Shown here piece by piece: positions 1 to 14,172 of a stretch of DNA of 64,000 bases. Both the position numbers and the translations under genes were made by a program. Position 1 is the first letter of the stretch, and every line of letters begins with the position of its first letter. Below the pieces are notes generated by a model, which was not told the DNA's origin, did no database searches, and worked only from the letters and a program-made list of their open reading frames with translations. The stretch covers positions 14,260,001 through 14,324,000 of the forward strand of contig OX597820.1 of NCBI GenBank assembly GCA_951406725.2, read 5' to 3'. Origin of the DNA: Octopus vulgaris. Lineage: Eukaryota.

Positions 1-229
1 AATTATCTACAAATTGACACACCTTCTGTCCCTCTAGTACACACCCATCAACGAACACACACACACACAGTGAACACTTGTACATATACATGAAAACAAT
101 TACACATTTAGCTGACACACTCACTAAAACGCCCTCACCTATATACACACTCCCACACAGTATATCAGTGATCTTTGTCAAGTATTCAATAATGGGTTAT
201 GATGAATTGGGCTGGCAGTTATGGTGGTG

Positions 230-690
230 GGGGATGATGGCTGTGGTGGTGGTAGTGTTGGTGCTGTTGGTGGCAGTGGTGGTTGTGATGGTGGTGGTGG
301 TGGCTGTGGTGGTGGTAGAGCGGTGGTGGTGGTGGTGGTGGTGGTAGTGGTGGTGGAGTAGTGACTCTGGTAGGAGTGTAGGTAGTTGTGGTGGTGGTGG
401 TGGTGGGGGTAGTGACTCTGGTGGCAGTGTAGGTGGTAGGAGCGGTTGTGTAATATTAGGGTTATGGTGGAAGTGGTGGTGGTGGTAGTGATGGTGTTGG
501 GGGATGGTAGCATAGATGATGGTGGTAGTGACAGTGGTGGTTGTGATAGTGTTGAAAACAGCAGTAGCAGTGGCAACAGTAGTGGTGGTGGTGGTGACGG
601 CGGTGATGGTGGTGATAGTAATGGCAATGATTAATAGGAAAGTGATGGCCATGATAAAAATAGTCACCTAGATGATGATGATGGTTAATG
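230..690. repeat. Degenerate (GGT/GAT/GTA)n trinucleotide microsatellite
   Basis: Runs of ggtggtggt and gatgat; accounts for the poly-V/P/T/H ORFs here. Confidence 0.9.
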
Positions 691-1640
691 TTGGGGTAAA
701 GCATAGCAAATTTTTTGTGGTCATCGGTGAGAGAGGTAATCATGGTGGTTGTGCAGCCCTGGTAATGATAGCAGTGATGGAGGATTTCTTGGCAATAGTG
801 TGGACCCAGTGATGAAGACCATGGTCTTGTTTTAATAAAGAGTATGTTATTCCCCTGTGGTCCACAACTGGAGACACATTACAAAGATGAATTATACATA
901 AGTGGGGATTTTTCATCGAGCATGTAAAGAAATCCCAGTACTCAACTGGTACTTTGGTTTTTTTTTTTACCCCAAAAGGATGAAAGACAAAGTTGACCTC
1001 AGGGGTATTTGAACTCAATATAAAGCTGGAAGGCTTTGTTTCCAACACTCTAATGATGTTGTTAACCTGCTGTATTTTTCTAGCATGCCACTTCTAATAA
1101 GAATTGGTAATAATTATAATGATGATAATTAACAATAACCTCATTACTCTAATCATCATCAGCATTATCATCATCATCATCACCGTTTCAAATGTCCAGT
1201 TTTTCAACCTCATATGGGTTGGACAGAATTTGTCAAAGATTTTCCGACTGCTGGATGCCTTTCCTGTTGCCAGTGCTCACCTGTTTCCAAATGGGGTAAT
1301 ATTCCCCTTGGCCGGACATGTTCTTGCAGAATTCTGGAAATGAATGACACTGCATGTATGACAGTAACAATCATTTGTAAATGTCACACGATATGGCAAG
1401 GGGACAGTAAGAAACTGACAACATACACATATACATACACACAGACACTGACACATACACACACACAAATACATGCATGCACACTCATACACACACACAT
1501 ATATATATTTTGGCCTGAGGCTATAATAAAAGATGTTTGCGCAAGGTGCCACATGGTGGGACTGAACCCAGAACCATATGCTTGGGAAATAAGCTTCTTA
1601 CCACACAACCATACCTGCACCTATACATAGATATATATAT

Positions 1641-2012
1641 CAGGGACGTGCCGCCTGGGTAAGCTAGGTAAGCAATGCCGACCCTGAATAAGATAGATCG
1701 ATGGTAACATTTTCCTTTTATGGCAAAATATGCACCTAATTCAATAAAATTATGAAGGCTACTCAGATTACTCTGCATAGGCATAATTCACCCCTGCTTT
1801 TCAATCTCAGTGGTTAAGCTATGCATAGAACTGCTGTAGTACACGTGCTGCGTACACTCCTACAACAACATTTTCTTTACGCACTACAAAAGCAGAAGTA
1901 AATCTGCCTCCAACTCAGTCGTGCGCCTGTGTTTCGCTTATGTTTTTGTGTGTTTTTCTACATAAATGTCACCAACTGTCTACCCTGAGCAATTACTGAT
2001 GGCACATGCCTG
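1641..2012. mobile_element. Non-autonomous TIR element (hAT-like MITE)
   Basis: Imperfect TIRs CAGGGACGTGCC...GGCACATGCCTG within (TA)n; a diverged second copy lies at ~42452-42840. Confidence 0.6.
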
Positions 2013-2033
2013 ATATATATATATATATATATA

Positions 2034-2720
2034 CTAGCAGTAATACCCGTCGTTCATCGGATAATTACTTTTACTCTTCCTCAGGAGTCACATTCAAAGT
2101 ATTATTATATATATAATAGATTTCTCAACGGGGATTTCAGGGGAGAGTTTCAGGGAGTCGCTGGCGATATATCGTGATGATCAAAAATCCGGCCAGCTAA
2201 AATTTGGTTAAAGTGATTCAAACTGCAGACTCAATGCAAAATGGTCACATTTAATTCAAAGCGTTAAAAATGCTATGAAAACAATTGGTATGTGTTCACA
2301 AAGTCCAAACGATTAATACGAAAAAGCCCTCCAGGCTACATCCCGAAAATTCATTTCTTTGCTGAATTTCTACAATGTTTACGGCGATTCGTTTTTATAT
2401 CTTGATTTTTTATTTTTCATGCAATTTACGCATGTTTGCACGTGTGGTGAACACAGTTCACGTCAAACAGCTGACTGAGTAAAGTTCACTATTCAATGCA
2501 TGGGATAAGGCCTAAACAAACACATTATCGATTTTTGCACTTGCGAGATGAATTTCGGAACAGAAATAGCGCAGTTCAATTTTCATTCGCCTAAACTTTA
2601 AGTGACCCATTTTTGGTGGTTCTACGATTTGTTGGCTAGGAGGAGATGTGCCGGGAGTTAAACACACAGACACACACACAGATACACACAAAGACACAGA
2701 AGTTGAGTTTTATATATATA
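2034..2720 (-). mobile_element. Non-autonomous Helitron-like element
   Basis: Minus-strand 3' CTAG (2034-2037) with nearby GC hairpin; terminus resembles the 8240 element; right boundary approximate. Confidence 0.5.
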
Positions 2721-3527
2721 CATATATATATATCCTTTTCTGGAATATTGGCTCTTGAAGCATATCCCATAAAGCTATAGATAACAGCAAATGAATGTTG
2801 GACTCCAAAACCCTTGTGGGTAGAAAAATTGAAGGCTGTCCATGCAACATCTCTGGCTGGCCTAGGACTATAACAGAAGACATTTGCCCAAAATGTCATA
2901 CAGTGGCTCTGAACCCAAAGGCAAACTTCTTACTGCACATGCACACCTGTATATGACACTGGTGATTAAAGACAGAAAGCTATGATTGTGATGACATCAT
3001 TGTTCTTGAAACAAGGAAATACAATGTTATCTTTAAGGCCAATTCATTGTTCTTTATTTTATTGTTTCTTCTTCTCCCTTGTGATAAGAACTGAACAAAT
3101 GGGACAGTTGCCTGCTTTTCAAACATATGGTGTTGTTTGTTAGAAGTGCTTGATTTTGCTGTTGCTATTGTTGTCATTGTTGTTGTTAAGCAACAAGATG
3201 GGTAAGGGTGATGGTCTGGGGTTTAGGGGCGGGGACCCCAGACCTTGGAAAAAGAAAAAACTTTGGTTGTCTTGTTGTAGTCGAGGGCTCTTCGTTGAGG
3301 GCCTACACCACTGGGAAGTGGCCCTCGAAGTCACTGGAAATGGAGATCTCCAGGTCCAAATTCTTGAACGGCTGCTGTTGCTATTGTTGCCACTGAAGTT
3401 GTTGTTGTGCTGCTGTTGCCTCTGGCTGCTGTTGCCACAGTAGTTGCTGTTATTTAACCCCAGGTCAGATACAATGAAGCACATCTATGATCACTAAATT
3501 CCCAACGATGATGGTCTTATCCTGTGA

Positions 3528-3850
3528 ACGTGCATGGCTTAGTGGTTAAGGGTATTCAGCTCACGATCATAAGGTCGTGAGTTCAATTCTCTGCAACGTG
3601 TTTTGTCCTTGAGCAAGACACTTTATTTCATGTTGCTCCAGTCCACTCAGCTAACAAAAATAAGTAGTACCTGTATTTCAAAGGGCCAGCTGTGTTACAT
3701 TCTGTGTCATGCCGAATCTCCCTGAGAACTACATTAAGGGTATGCATGTGTCTGTGGAGTGCTCAGCCACTTACATATTAATTTCATAAGTGGGCTGTTC
3801 TGTTGATCGGATCAACTGGAACCCTCATTGCCATAACCAACGGATTGCCA
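3528..3850 (+). mobile_element. tRNA-derived SINE, family C
   Basis: A/B-box-like head TGGCTTAGTGGTT...GAGTTCAATTC, then GTCCTTGAGCAAGACACTTT; relatives at ~7110-7325, 7697-7935, 8750-9067 (all -) and 35256-35578 (+). Confidence 0.75.
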
Positions 3851-4357
3851 GGTTTCATCTTTGTATATCTCTTAAGACTATATCAATTCAGTGTCTTTAT
3901 TTTTATCGTGTGTGTGTGCATGTCAGATGGCAGGGTGTGATTTGTAGAAGGTTTGGCCCCTATTTTTTCACTGGTTGAAACAGCATCCTGTACCTACTTC
4001 TATTCCTGTCGTTGTTATTGTTGCTTGTTGTTATACCTGCTAATAAAAACAAAGCAGAATTCAGTATATCTCTCACATATTTCAGTATACACACACACAC
4101 ACACACAAACATGTGCACGTGCATGTGCATGCACATACACACCCACATGTGCAGTTGCTTGTCCATGATTCCCAGACTTGTTTTGTATTAAGCAGAAACC
4201 AGTCTACCCTCAAAAGCCACCATGTTACTTGAATCTTGTTACATTTTCTGCGTCCTTGGTTGACATTAGGAAGGGCATCCATCGGTAGACACTGGAGTAG
4301 GATCCTGTCAGACTGCCTAGATAGACCATGCCAGTTTGGAACATGGATGTCAAAAGT

Positions 4358-4815
4358 TGATGATGACAACGATGATAACGATGATGATAGTAGTGATGAC
4401 AATAATGATGATGTCGACGATGATGACGACAACAATGATGATGATGATGAAGGAAATGATGATAATGAAGGAAGTGATGACAATGATGATGATGATGATA
4501 GAAGTGATGACATTGATGATGATGATGTTGATAATGATGACGTCAATGAGGATGATGATGATGACAACGACGATGATGACGATGTTAATGACGAGGATGA
4601 GGATGTCGATGAGGATGATGATGTTAATGATGGTGATAGAAGTGATGATGATGATGATGATTTTAATGATGATGATGATGACATCAATGAGGATGCCAAT
4701 GATGATGATAATAACGATGACAATGATCATGATACAAGTGATGACAATGAGGATGCCGATCATGATGATGACGAAATTGATGGCGACAATGTCAATAACG
4801 ATGACAACGATGACA
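4358..4815. repeat. Degenerate (GAT)n microsatellite
   Basis: gatgatgat array giving poly-D/M/S/I translations. Confidence 0.9.
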
Positions 4816-5757
4816 TTTTTCCATGTCAACTGTTTCAATTATTTCCTTTACCTTTTTGTGATCTTGTCCGCTCCTGTCCTTTCCATTCGGCATCCGAAGT
4901 AGACACGAGCATCTCTAGACCGTGGCTCGTCTTGTAACTGCGTACATGCGTTTGTTTACATTTGTCTTAACACCGATGCCAAACTTAATAAGTAAACTCG
5001 ACAAGTTTGAAGAAACCCTTTACTCCCACCCTTGTACTCCATGCCAAAACCACCTTATACAATCATTCCAGCAGTGTGTAATATTTACATCTGCACTCTC
5101 TCCCCCATCTCCCCCTCTCTCTCTCCCCTCTTCCCCCTTTCTCTCCCCCCCTCTCTACCTACCTGTGCTGTCTGTATGGCTCTCAACTCACAACATATTG
5201 ATTAAATGCAACATTTTCACCAATTTAACACATTCTCCTTCCTTTCCTTCGACGAGCTAGTTTGATTAAATTGCAATTTTCGCTGCAGCTATGCATCTTC
5301 TTCATTGATATATCTTGATTAAATGCATATTTTTAACACATATGTGCACTTGTCCTTATTCCTCTATGCTAGTATGCTTATTAAATGCATCTATTCAGCT
5401 CGTCTAATATATTTTTGTTATGGTTATTGTTACTGTTGTTGTGGCTGTTGTTGTTGTTGATCAGATGGAATGTGTGTTGACTTCACCCAGTTCCGCTCTC
5501 CAATATTTCCGAATATATGTGTCTTTTATTTATATAAACATTGTCTGCTGTATCAATGTACTCTTCATATTCTTCTGCTATTTTCAAAATAAACATGTTG
5601 CTTATGTAACACAAACTAAACTACTTACATTGCTACATGAATACATACATGTATGTACACATGTATACATGTGTGTATATACTATATATATATGTGTGTG
5701 TGTGTATATATATATATATGTATTTATATATATGTATAATATATATATATATATATA

Positions 5758-6120
5758 TCATCATCATCATTGTTTAACGTCCGCTTTCCATGCTAGCATG
5801 GGTTGGACGAATGACTGAGAGCTGGCGAACCAGATTGCTGCACCAGGCTCCAATCTTGATCTGGCAGAGTTTCTACAGTTTGATGCCCTTCCTAATGCCA
5901 ACCACTCCAAGAGTGTAGTGGGTGCTTTTACGTGCCACTGGCACGGTGCTAGTCAGGCGGCACTGGCTACAACCTCACTCAAATCTTTTACACATGCCGC
6001 CGGCACAGGTGCCAGTAAGGCGATGCTGGTAACGATCACGCTCGAAAGGTGTCTTTTACGTGCCACCGGCACGGAGGCCAGATAGCTGCTCTGGCAACAA
6101 TCACTCTCGGATGGTGCTCT
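5758..6120 (-). mobile_element. RTE-3'-end-derived repeat with (GAT)n tail, family D
   Basis: catcatcat...tttaacgtccgctttccatgctagcatgggttggac; many copies in the window. Confidence 0.7.
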
Positions 6121-6674
6121 TATATATATGTATGTATGTATTCTTTTGTTCTTTTATTTGTTTCAGCCATGCTGGAGCACCGCCTTCAGTCAAACAAGTC
6201 AGCCCCAAGACTGATTCTTTGTAAGCCTAGTACTTATTGTAACAGCCTCTTTTGCCGAACCACTAAGTTACAGGGACAGAAACACACCAACGTCAGTTGT
6301 CAGGTGATGGGGGGGGGGGGGGGGGCAAACACAGATACAGTGAGAGGGAGGGAAGAGGGAGATAAGCAAGGGAGAGTGGGAGAGAATGAAGGAAACATTA
6401 AAATGGCTGGTGTCAAATAAGCCAGCATCGAATCATTGATGCCAAACAGGCAGCATCAAAATGGCTGTGCCAAACCATTTCAGACCCAAGGAATAGAACC
6501 CATGGTCTCTTGATCATAAGCCGAACACTCTGACCGCCAGACTAGATACTTTCACAGACATTTCTTTAAAAAAAGACAGGCTCTCCATCGGTTGTGATTA
6601 CGAGGGTTCCAGTGGAAACAGCCAGATTGTGAAATCAACATGCGAGCGGTCGAACAGTCTACAGACATGTATAC

Positions 6675-7092
6675 CTATTTCTTTACTACCCACAAGGGGC
6701 TAAACACAGAGGGGACAAACAAGGAGAGACAAACGGATTAAGTCGATTACATCGACCCTAATGTGTAACTGGTACTTAATTTATCGACCCTGAAAGGATG
6801 AAAGGCAAAGTCGACCTTGGTGGAATTTGAACTCAGAACGTACCGGCAGACGAAATACCTATTTCTTTACTACTCACAAGGGGCTAAACACAGAGGGGAC
6901 AAACAAGGACAGACAAACGGATTAAGTCGATTACATCGACCCTAATGTGTAACTGGTACTTAATTTATCGACCCTGAAAGGATGAAAGGCAAAGTCGACC
7001 TCGGCAGAATTTGAACTCAGAACGTAACGGCAGACGAAATACTGCTAAGCATTTCGCCCAGCGTGCTAACGTTTCTGCCAGCTCGCCGCCTT
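6675..7092 (-). mobile_element. tRNA-derived SINE, family B, with ~184-bp internal tandem duplication
   Basis: Head GGCGGCGAGCTGGCAGAAACGTTAGC on minus; 6675-6858 repeated at 6859-7040; relatives at ~19502-19730, 31220-31430, 40255-40465 (-) and 49350-49770 (+). Confidence 0.8.
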
Positions 7093-8207
7093 GTATACCC
7101 AGACATGTATACCCATAATGTAGCTCTCAGCAAGATTCAGAATGTAACAAGGCTGGCCCCATTGAATTACTGGTACTACTCATTTTTACCAGCTGAATAT
7201 ACTGGAGAAACAGGAAATAAATAAAACATCTTGCTCAAGGGTACAACACGATGCCAGGAATTGAACTCAAGACCATTCAGTCATGAACTGAACACCCCTA
7301 ACCTCTAACTTACACACCTTCATGCAGGTATTTTTTATGTTAGAAAGAACAGGTGAGGCATGGATTGTCCATTGATGAATGCTGTAACTACTCCTTTAAA
7401 GAAGACAGCTGAAACGATATTTTTTTACCTGTCAGGTGTAGTTTTGTATTTTCAGAATTATCTGTGGATCATTATCAGGTTCTAACTACTCGTTAACAAT
7501 GATGTCCATACCTCTATTTGCATGTCTACACACATGTATTTACATGCATGTATGCACACTCACACTTATTCACTTTCATATATGTATACATATATATACA
7601 TACACACACATACACACATACATATGTGTGTGTGTGTATATATACATACATACATATATACACACACACACATACATTTATATAAATATAAAATACCCCC
7701 TTCGGTCATGAGTGACCATGGGTTTGCACCTAGAGAGTTACCCTCTGAGGCACAAGTCTGGGCAAGGTTGTTTTTATGGAAGACCAGTAGTCTCCACGCC
7801 ACCAGTGTTATCCAAGGGAAAGACAAAGGTCGATACATCTTGGCACCAGTGACGTCGCAACTCATTTCTACAGCTGAGTGAACTGGAGCAACGTGAAATA
7901 AAGTGCTTTGCTCAAGAACACAACACGCAGCCCGTGTGTGTATATATGTATATGTGTGTGTATATATACATATACACACACATATAGACATATACGTATG
8001 CACGTACTCATATATACTTGCACACATACTTACGCTAAGATATACACTCACAAATACACACACACACACTTATACCCACACTCACACATACATATGCTCA
8101 TATATACACACATACATATGCATGCACACACATATTCACATTCACATATACACATACCTACATACATACACTCACACACACATTCATACTCACACTTATG
8201 TATTTCC

Positions 8208-8239
<32 letters not shown>

Positions 8240-8632
8240 CTAGCAGTATCGCCCGGCGTTGCTCGGGTTTGTAAGGGAAATAACTATATAAGCAATTTTA
8301 GAGAGTTATAGCCAAAAAATAACAAAAAATGCATTAAAAATGGAAAAAAAGTAATGGTAAATTTTTTTTTAAATCATTGACTCATCGTAGACATTTTTAG
8401 AGAGTTACTTCCCTTATATAATAGCGAAAAAATGCATTAAAATGGAAAAAGATGATGGTAATTTTTTTTTAAATCGTAGACTCATTGTAGATGCACGCTA
8501 ATACCCAGAAGGGCTCGATATGAATCACAACTATAAGATACCCAGTTTTGGTTAAACTGCACCGCAAAATGTGGGAGTAGTTAGGAATCTAAATCGTAGG
8601 AGACAGACACACAACCTTACTTTTATATATAA

Positions 8633-8635
<3 letters not shown>
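8240..8635 (-). mobile_element. Non-autonomous Helitron
   Basis: Minus-strand 5' TC (8635-8634), 3' CTAG (8243-8240), subterminal hairpin CCCGGCGTTGCTCGGG (8252-8267), inserted between A and T in (TA)n. Confidence 0.75.
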
Positions 8636-8669
<34 letters not shown>

Positions 8670-9079
8670 CATGCATACATATATGATTTGATCTAGTTTC
8701 AGCTCATGAGCTGTGGCCATGCTGGGGCACTGCCATTTAATATGATGTGTATATGTATAACAATAATAATGGACTCTCCTGTCATTAGACGAAGTATGAG
8801 GGTTCAACAATTTCTTACCGAACAACCACACAGATGATTTGTTTACAGTGATCAAATGTTTGTGTAGATATAAACTCACTCCCTCCATCAAATCAACATT
8901 ACCTGTACAATTGCAATGGGGTGCAGCATGTCAGATGCTGAAGTGATCGCAGAGCAACATGAAATGAAGAGCATTGCTCAAGAACGCAATGCAGTGCCCA
9001 GTCTGGGAATCGAACCCACGATCTCACAATTGTGAGTGCAACACTTTAACCACTAAACCCTGCGCCTTTATATACTTTC

Positions 9080-9133
<54 letters not shown>

Positions 9134-9224
9134 CATATATATATATATACACATACATATATATATATACACACACATACATACATATATATATATATAC
9201 ACACACATACATATATATATATAT

Positions 9225-9281
<57 letters not shown>

Positions 9282-9497
9282 CATATAGATATGTATATAT
9301 ATATATTTACATCATCATCATCATCATCATCATCGTTTAACGTCCGTTTTTCCGCGCTAGCACGGGCGAACCGTCCAACCCGTGCTAGCGTGGAAAACGG
9401 ACGTTAAACGATGATGATGATGTAAATATATATATATACATACATATAGATATGTATATATATATGTAAATATATATATATACATACATATAGATAT

Positions 9498-9529
<32 letters not shown>

Positions 9530-9555
9530 GTAAATATATATATATATATATATAC

Positions 9556-10526
9556 CAATTAAGGACTGAACACGAAAAGTGGACAGTCAACATGCTAGAT
9601 ATAGACGTCAAATCGCCGTTCACCACAAAAGATTATGTTCTCAGATCAAACTCAACACAAAACCATAGCAATAAACAATTGAAAAATATACGAAATAAAA
9701 TAATTACCCATGTACTAACTTAGTTTCAGCTGTTATTTTCTGCAAGGCTGAAACTAAGTTAGTACATGGGTAATTATTTTATTTCGTATATTTTTCAATT
9801 GTTTATTGCTATGGTTTTGTGTTGAGTTTGATCTGAGAACATAATCTTTTGTGATGAACGGCGATTTGACGTCTATATCTAGCATGTTGACTGTCCACTT
9901 TTCGTGTTCAGTCCTTAATTGGTATATATAAATATTTTAATCTTCGGATTCTTTTTTAATATGCTAGACCACTGGTCTTAATTGATAAATATCAATTTCT
10001 ACCCTTAATTAATTTTATATAAATAAATATGTTCTCTAACCGATAAATTAACTGCTGCTAATTATTAGCTGCAGGCTAGTTTTCTCGGGTTTCAACGCGC
10101 CAAAGTAAAGGCATTTGAAAGATATCTTCAAATGTAATAGGCTGAACTCCATGCACGCGATATTTCGGTATCGTGTTTGCATCTAGTCCAGCAAATTACA
10201 TTTATAACGGACCATGCTGATGATGGCTGCAGTTTTCCTTGCGGAAAATAACAGCTGAAACTAAGTTAGTACATGGGTAATTATTTTATTTTGTATATTT
10301 TTCAATTGTTTATTGCTATGGTTTTGTGTTGAGTTTGATCTGAGAACATAATCTTTTGTGGTGAACGGCGATTTGACGTCTATATCTAGCATGTTGACTG
10401 TCCACTTTTCGTGTTCAGTCCTTAATTGGTATATATAAATATTTTAATCTTCGGATTCTTTTTTAATATGCTAGACCACTGGTCTTAATTGATAAATATC
10501 AATTTCTGCCCTTAATTAATTTTATA
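9556..10526 (+). mobile_element. Non-coding HHR-bearing element: inverted arm plus partial tandem
   Basis: 9748-10020 repeated at 10254-10526 (period 506); 9556-9747 is an inverted copy; (TA)n flanks. Confidence 0.8.
10212..10276 (+). ncRNA. Type I hammerhead ribozyme
   Basis: Stem I CCATG/CATGG, CTGATGA (10217-23), stem II GGCTG..TTTTCC-ttgc-GGAAAA..CAGCT, GAAA (10257-60), stem III CTAA-g-TTAG, GTA cleavage triplet. Confidence 0.85.
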
Positions 10527-10658
10527 TATATATATATATATGTAAATATATATATACATACATATAGATATGTATATATATATGTAAATATATATATACA
10601 TACATATAGATATGTATATATATATGTAAATATATATATATACATACATATAGATATG

Positions 10659-10707
<49 letters not shown>

Positions 10708-10793
10708 GTAGGTCCCGGGTTGATTCGGGGTTAACCACAGTAAGTAAGGTACTCAATACATAGCAGAGTAAAATTAATTTATTATATAGAAGG

Positions 10794-10844
10794 AGCTTCT
10801 ACAGGACTAGTACTGTTTCATTCAAGAGAAATCTTCAGGAAGCT
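10794..10844 (-). ncRNA. Type I hammerhead ribozyme (Penelope 3' end)
   Basis: Minus strand reads AGCTTC CTGAAGA tTTCtcttGAAt GAAA CAGtactagtcCTG TA GAAGCT. Confidence 0.85.
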
Positions 10845-11155
10845 ATTTAACAAGAATTGTATTAGCATTTATACATTTAGGCAGGTATAAAGGAGTGGTG
10901 GTAGGGGACTTTTTTGGGGGTAGGCATAGCGCAAAATATCATACTTGGGGGAGTGGTCAAGGAGTCAGTGGTAAGTTAGATGAAAGAATAGATAAATAAA
11001 AAAATAAATAAAAAAATAAAAATATATATAAAAAATATATATATAAAAAAAATATATATATAAAAAAAGGGGGGATAGAGTTATAGGTAAATAAGGAGAT
11101 TCTCACTTATACCTATACACATATGTATACGTATCTACACACATATATATACACA

Positions 11156-11196
<41 letters not shown>

Positions 11197-11499
11197 ATAT
11201 ACACACATATACATACATATCTACATACACACATACATACACCCGCCCACATATACAAATTTATACACATGCACATGCATATACCTGTCTACACATACAC
11301 ACACGTATATATGCATACACTCACTCCCATGCATGCACGCATACACACATGTATATATATACCCACGACCACACATACATATATACACAGAAAAATATAT
11401 ATTCATACGCACATACACTCATGCACACACAACACACCTAGTTCCCTATATACACATATTTACACCTATATATACATACACCCACATACACATATGTAC

Positions 11500-11532
<33 letters not shown>

Positions 11533-12061
11533 TACATATACACGCATACATATATATACATGTGTGCACATACATACATATACACATATACATACACATA
11601 CACATACACATGTGTACCTATACATACCAACACAAACACACATACATACATATATATATATATATATACAATCCAATACAGGCCCATTCCCTAATTTTAA
11701 TTTTATTATCTTCATTTATTACTTTTGTTATCTTTGATCGCTAGAGCTAAGGATCCTGGCTATGGCAGCATGTCCGTTTGTCTGTCTACTAGAAGGCAAG
11801 TACTCATTCCCGCACGCACACTCATTAGCACGTACATTCACCCATTCGTACACTCATACACATACACGTACGCACGCGTTATATTCATACATACAAACAT
11901 CTACATACGTTCACGTATATACACATACGTACTCGTACCTACAGATTCGTGTCTACACTTTAGGAGGCTAGTCTATACATATACACCAATAAATATACAT
12001 ATATATATATATACACATATACATACACACACACACATATACTCCTACATACAGATACATA

Positions 12062-12113
<52 letters not shown>

Positions 12114-12186
12114 CATACACATACACACATATATATACACACACATACATACACATATATATACATACACAAACATATATACACAC

Positions 12187-12218
<32 letters not shown>

Positions 12219-12323
12219 ACACACATACATACATATACACACAAACACATACATACGTATACATACATACATACATCCATACATCCATACTTACATGCAT
12301 TTATACGCATACACACACCCCCA

Positions 12324-12360
<37 letters not shown>

Positions 12361-12847
12361 TCACACATACATATACAAATATACGCACACACATACCTAC
12401 ATACACGTATACACATACACGCACATACACATATACATGCGTACCCATACACGTGCACACACGCACGTGCATCCATATATATACACACACACACATATAT
12501 ACACGTGTGCAAGCATACATACATACTCATACACGCACACATACTTACATATACATATATGCACACACTTACACACATATATACATACACATATACATGC
12601 ATACATACATATATGCATACATACACATACATGCACATACACATATACATGCGTACCCATACACGTGCACACACGCACGCGCATCCATATATATACACAC
12701 ACACACATATATACACGTGTGCAAGCATACATACATACTCATACACGCACACATACTTACATATACATATATGCACACACTTACACACATATATACATAC
12801 ACATATACATGCATACATACATATATGCATACATACACACACGCCCA

Positions 12848-12905
<58 letters not shown>

Positions 12906-13076
12906 TACACATACATATACATACACATATACACATACATACACATACACATACATACATATATATATATATATACACATATATACACATATACACATAC
13001 ATATATACACATATACATACATATACATACACACACACATACATATATACATATACACTGATACACATACCCATAC

Positions 13077-13109
<33 letters not shown>

Positions 13110-13194
13110 TATACACATGCATATACTTATATCTCTACATACTCACATATAAACATATATATATATACACACATATATATATATACATGTACAT

Positions 13195-13281
<87 letters not shown>

Positions 13282-14172
13282 TACATATACACATATACAT
13301 GTATACATACGCAATAATGATACACATATATACACATACACACACACAGACAGATGCATATACATACATATATATATAAATTACATATCTATATAAATAC
13401 ATACATAATACACATATACACACACATATATATACATGCATATACATATACAAATATACATACACATACATACACACACACGCGCACACATACATATACA
13501 CACACACATATACAAATACATACATACACACATACACACACACACATATATACATACATGTACACATATACATATATATATATATATCAACAAGGGAGGG
13601 TAAAGTTAATTAGTTATTAATCAATTTCACCAAGTATTCAGTATGTAAAGGGACCATTATTATTTTGAGTAAACAATGTTAGAGGGAAAAAATTCTCTAA
13701 GTAGTGGAAGAGGCTAAAAACCTTATTGGCTGCTATTTCTAGAAAGTTTAGTATGTGGCAAAGTAATTTATTTTATTTTACTAAGCCCTAATTATATAAT
13801 ATTTTATACATACATACACATACATAAACACATACATTTACACATACATGTACATGTACGTATATACATACAAACACATATACATATATACACACACACA
13901 CACATACAAGCACATACATATATATATATATATATATACATATATGCAAATATATATACATATATATATTTTTACATGCATACATACACACACACACACA
14001 TAATACATGCGTATATTCCTACTGTACCCATGCATTTCTATACATATATACATACATACGATACACATATACAAGCGTGCACATACAATATGTGAAAGGT
14101 CTTAGGAGAAAAGGTAATCGGGGGTGCTAGGGGAACAGTGGGGTTGGGGGTGGGGTTGTAGGGGGGTTGTCA

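Noticed and set aside
4236-4937. Asp-rich acidic protein
   Set aside because: (GAT)n microsatellite open in several frames, with no splice or codon evidence.
4888-4950. Possible HHR relic (GCAT CCGAAGT..ACGAGC..GCTCGT..ATGC)
   Set aside because: Both core boxes deviate; only the hairpin is supported.
11123-13620. Long H/T/Y/I- and C/V/M-rich ORFs, here and throughout the window
   Set aside because: Translations of (CA)/(TA) microsatellites.
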